Under the pieces are notes generated by a model. That model was given only the letters and a program-made list of their open reading frames with translations, did not search any database and was not told the origin of the DNA. A stretch of DNA of 14,669 nucleotides, from UHGV virus genome UHGV-0214741, one strand, 5' to 3'. The translations under genes and the position numbers were made by a program. Of the stretch, positions 14,530 through 14,669 are shown in pieces; positions within the stretch are counted from its first letter, which is position 1; every line of letters begins with the position of its first letter. The stretch is from a virus.

Positions 14530-14546
14530 ATGATAGTTATCTATCA
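14530..14546. repeat. Candidate attR core (ATGATAGTTATCTATCA)
   Basis: Direct repeat of 237-253 with one mismatch; a perfect dyad TGATAG-TTAT-CTATCA. Confidence 0.45.
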
Positions 14547-14631
14547 TGTGGAGTAGATTGGTCAGGCAAATAAGCTCTTGTCAGCGGCAGGGCGTTCTGC
14601 CGATAACCGTAACCGAAGATGATAACTGACA

Positions 14632-14669
14632 ATGGGTAAAACGAACGACTGGCTGGACTTTGATCAACT
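14632..14669 (+). CDS. clpS: 5' end of ClpS, the ClpAP adaptor protein (partial, runs off window end)
   Basis: ATG GGT AAA ACG AAC GAC TGG CTG GAC TTT GAT CAA = MGKTNDWLDFDQ, which matches the E. coli ClpS N-terminus as I recall it. Confidence 0.8.
   Translation, partial: MGKTNDWLDFDQ

Larger units (their letters stand above)
237..14546. mobile_element. Integrated phage satellite, capsid-forming PICI-like (int, alpA, P4-family rep, ori, ssb-like, HK97 capsid and packaging module, no tail or lysis genes), inserted in the cspD-clpS intergenic region
   Basis: Gene content and order read from the ORF translations. Flanked by 17 bp direct repeats ATGATAGTTAT(T/C)TATCA at 237-253 and 14530-14546, with chromosomal cspD and clpS starts outside. 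The exact crossover is not determinable; an alternative boundary is the 29 bp repeat at 372-400 and 14433-14461. Confidence 0.75.

Noticed and set aside
1-14669. tRNA or tmRNA gene as integration target
   Set aside because: No cloverleaf-like sequence, and no conserved T-loop (GTTCGAATCC-type) context, was seen at either junction. The flanks read as protein-coding gene starts (cspD, clpS), so this is an intergenic insertion.

Overview
The window is a complete, roughly 14.3 kb integrated satellite element sitting between the 5' end of cspD (minus strand, 1-16) and the 5' end of clpS (14632-14669). Its gene content is a P4-type tyrosine integrase, an AlpA-family regulator, a P4-family replication protein followed by an iteron origin, an SSB-like protein, and then a full HK97-type head and packaging module (major capsid, prohead protease, portal, head-tail connector, HNH endonuclease, TerS, TerL). 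There are no tail, lysis or tail-fibre genes. This matches the published capsid-forming PICI (cf-PICI) class, so the element itself is not new. The part that is not explained by that backbone, and my best candidate for something undescribed, is a low-GC, opposite-strand single gene (6896-7402) wedged between the replication and capsid modules, encoding a 168 aa protein with a C-terminal hydrophobic tail. Other unexplained signals are a TTGTTCG repeat array present in three places (both element ends and upstream of the capsid operon), a low-GC pair of small ORFs upstream of the replication gene, an Arc-like RHH gene with GTGCGAT operator-like repeats, and a dense cluster of palindromes at 14021-14226. 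All calls are from reading the sequence and ORF translations by eye; no database search was run.
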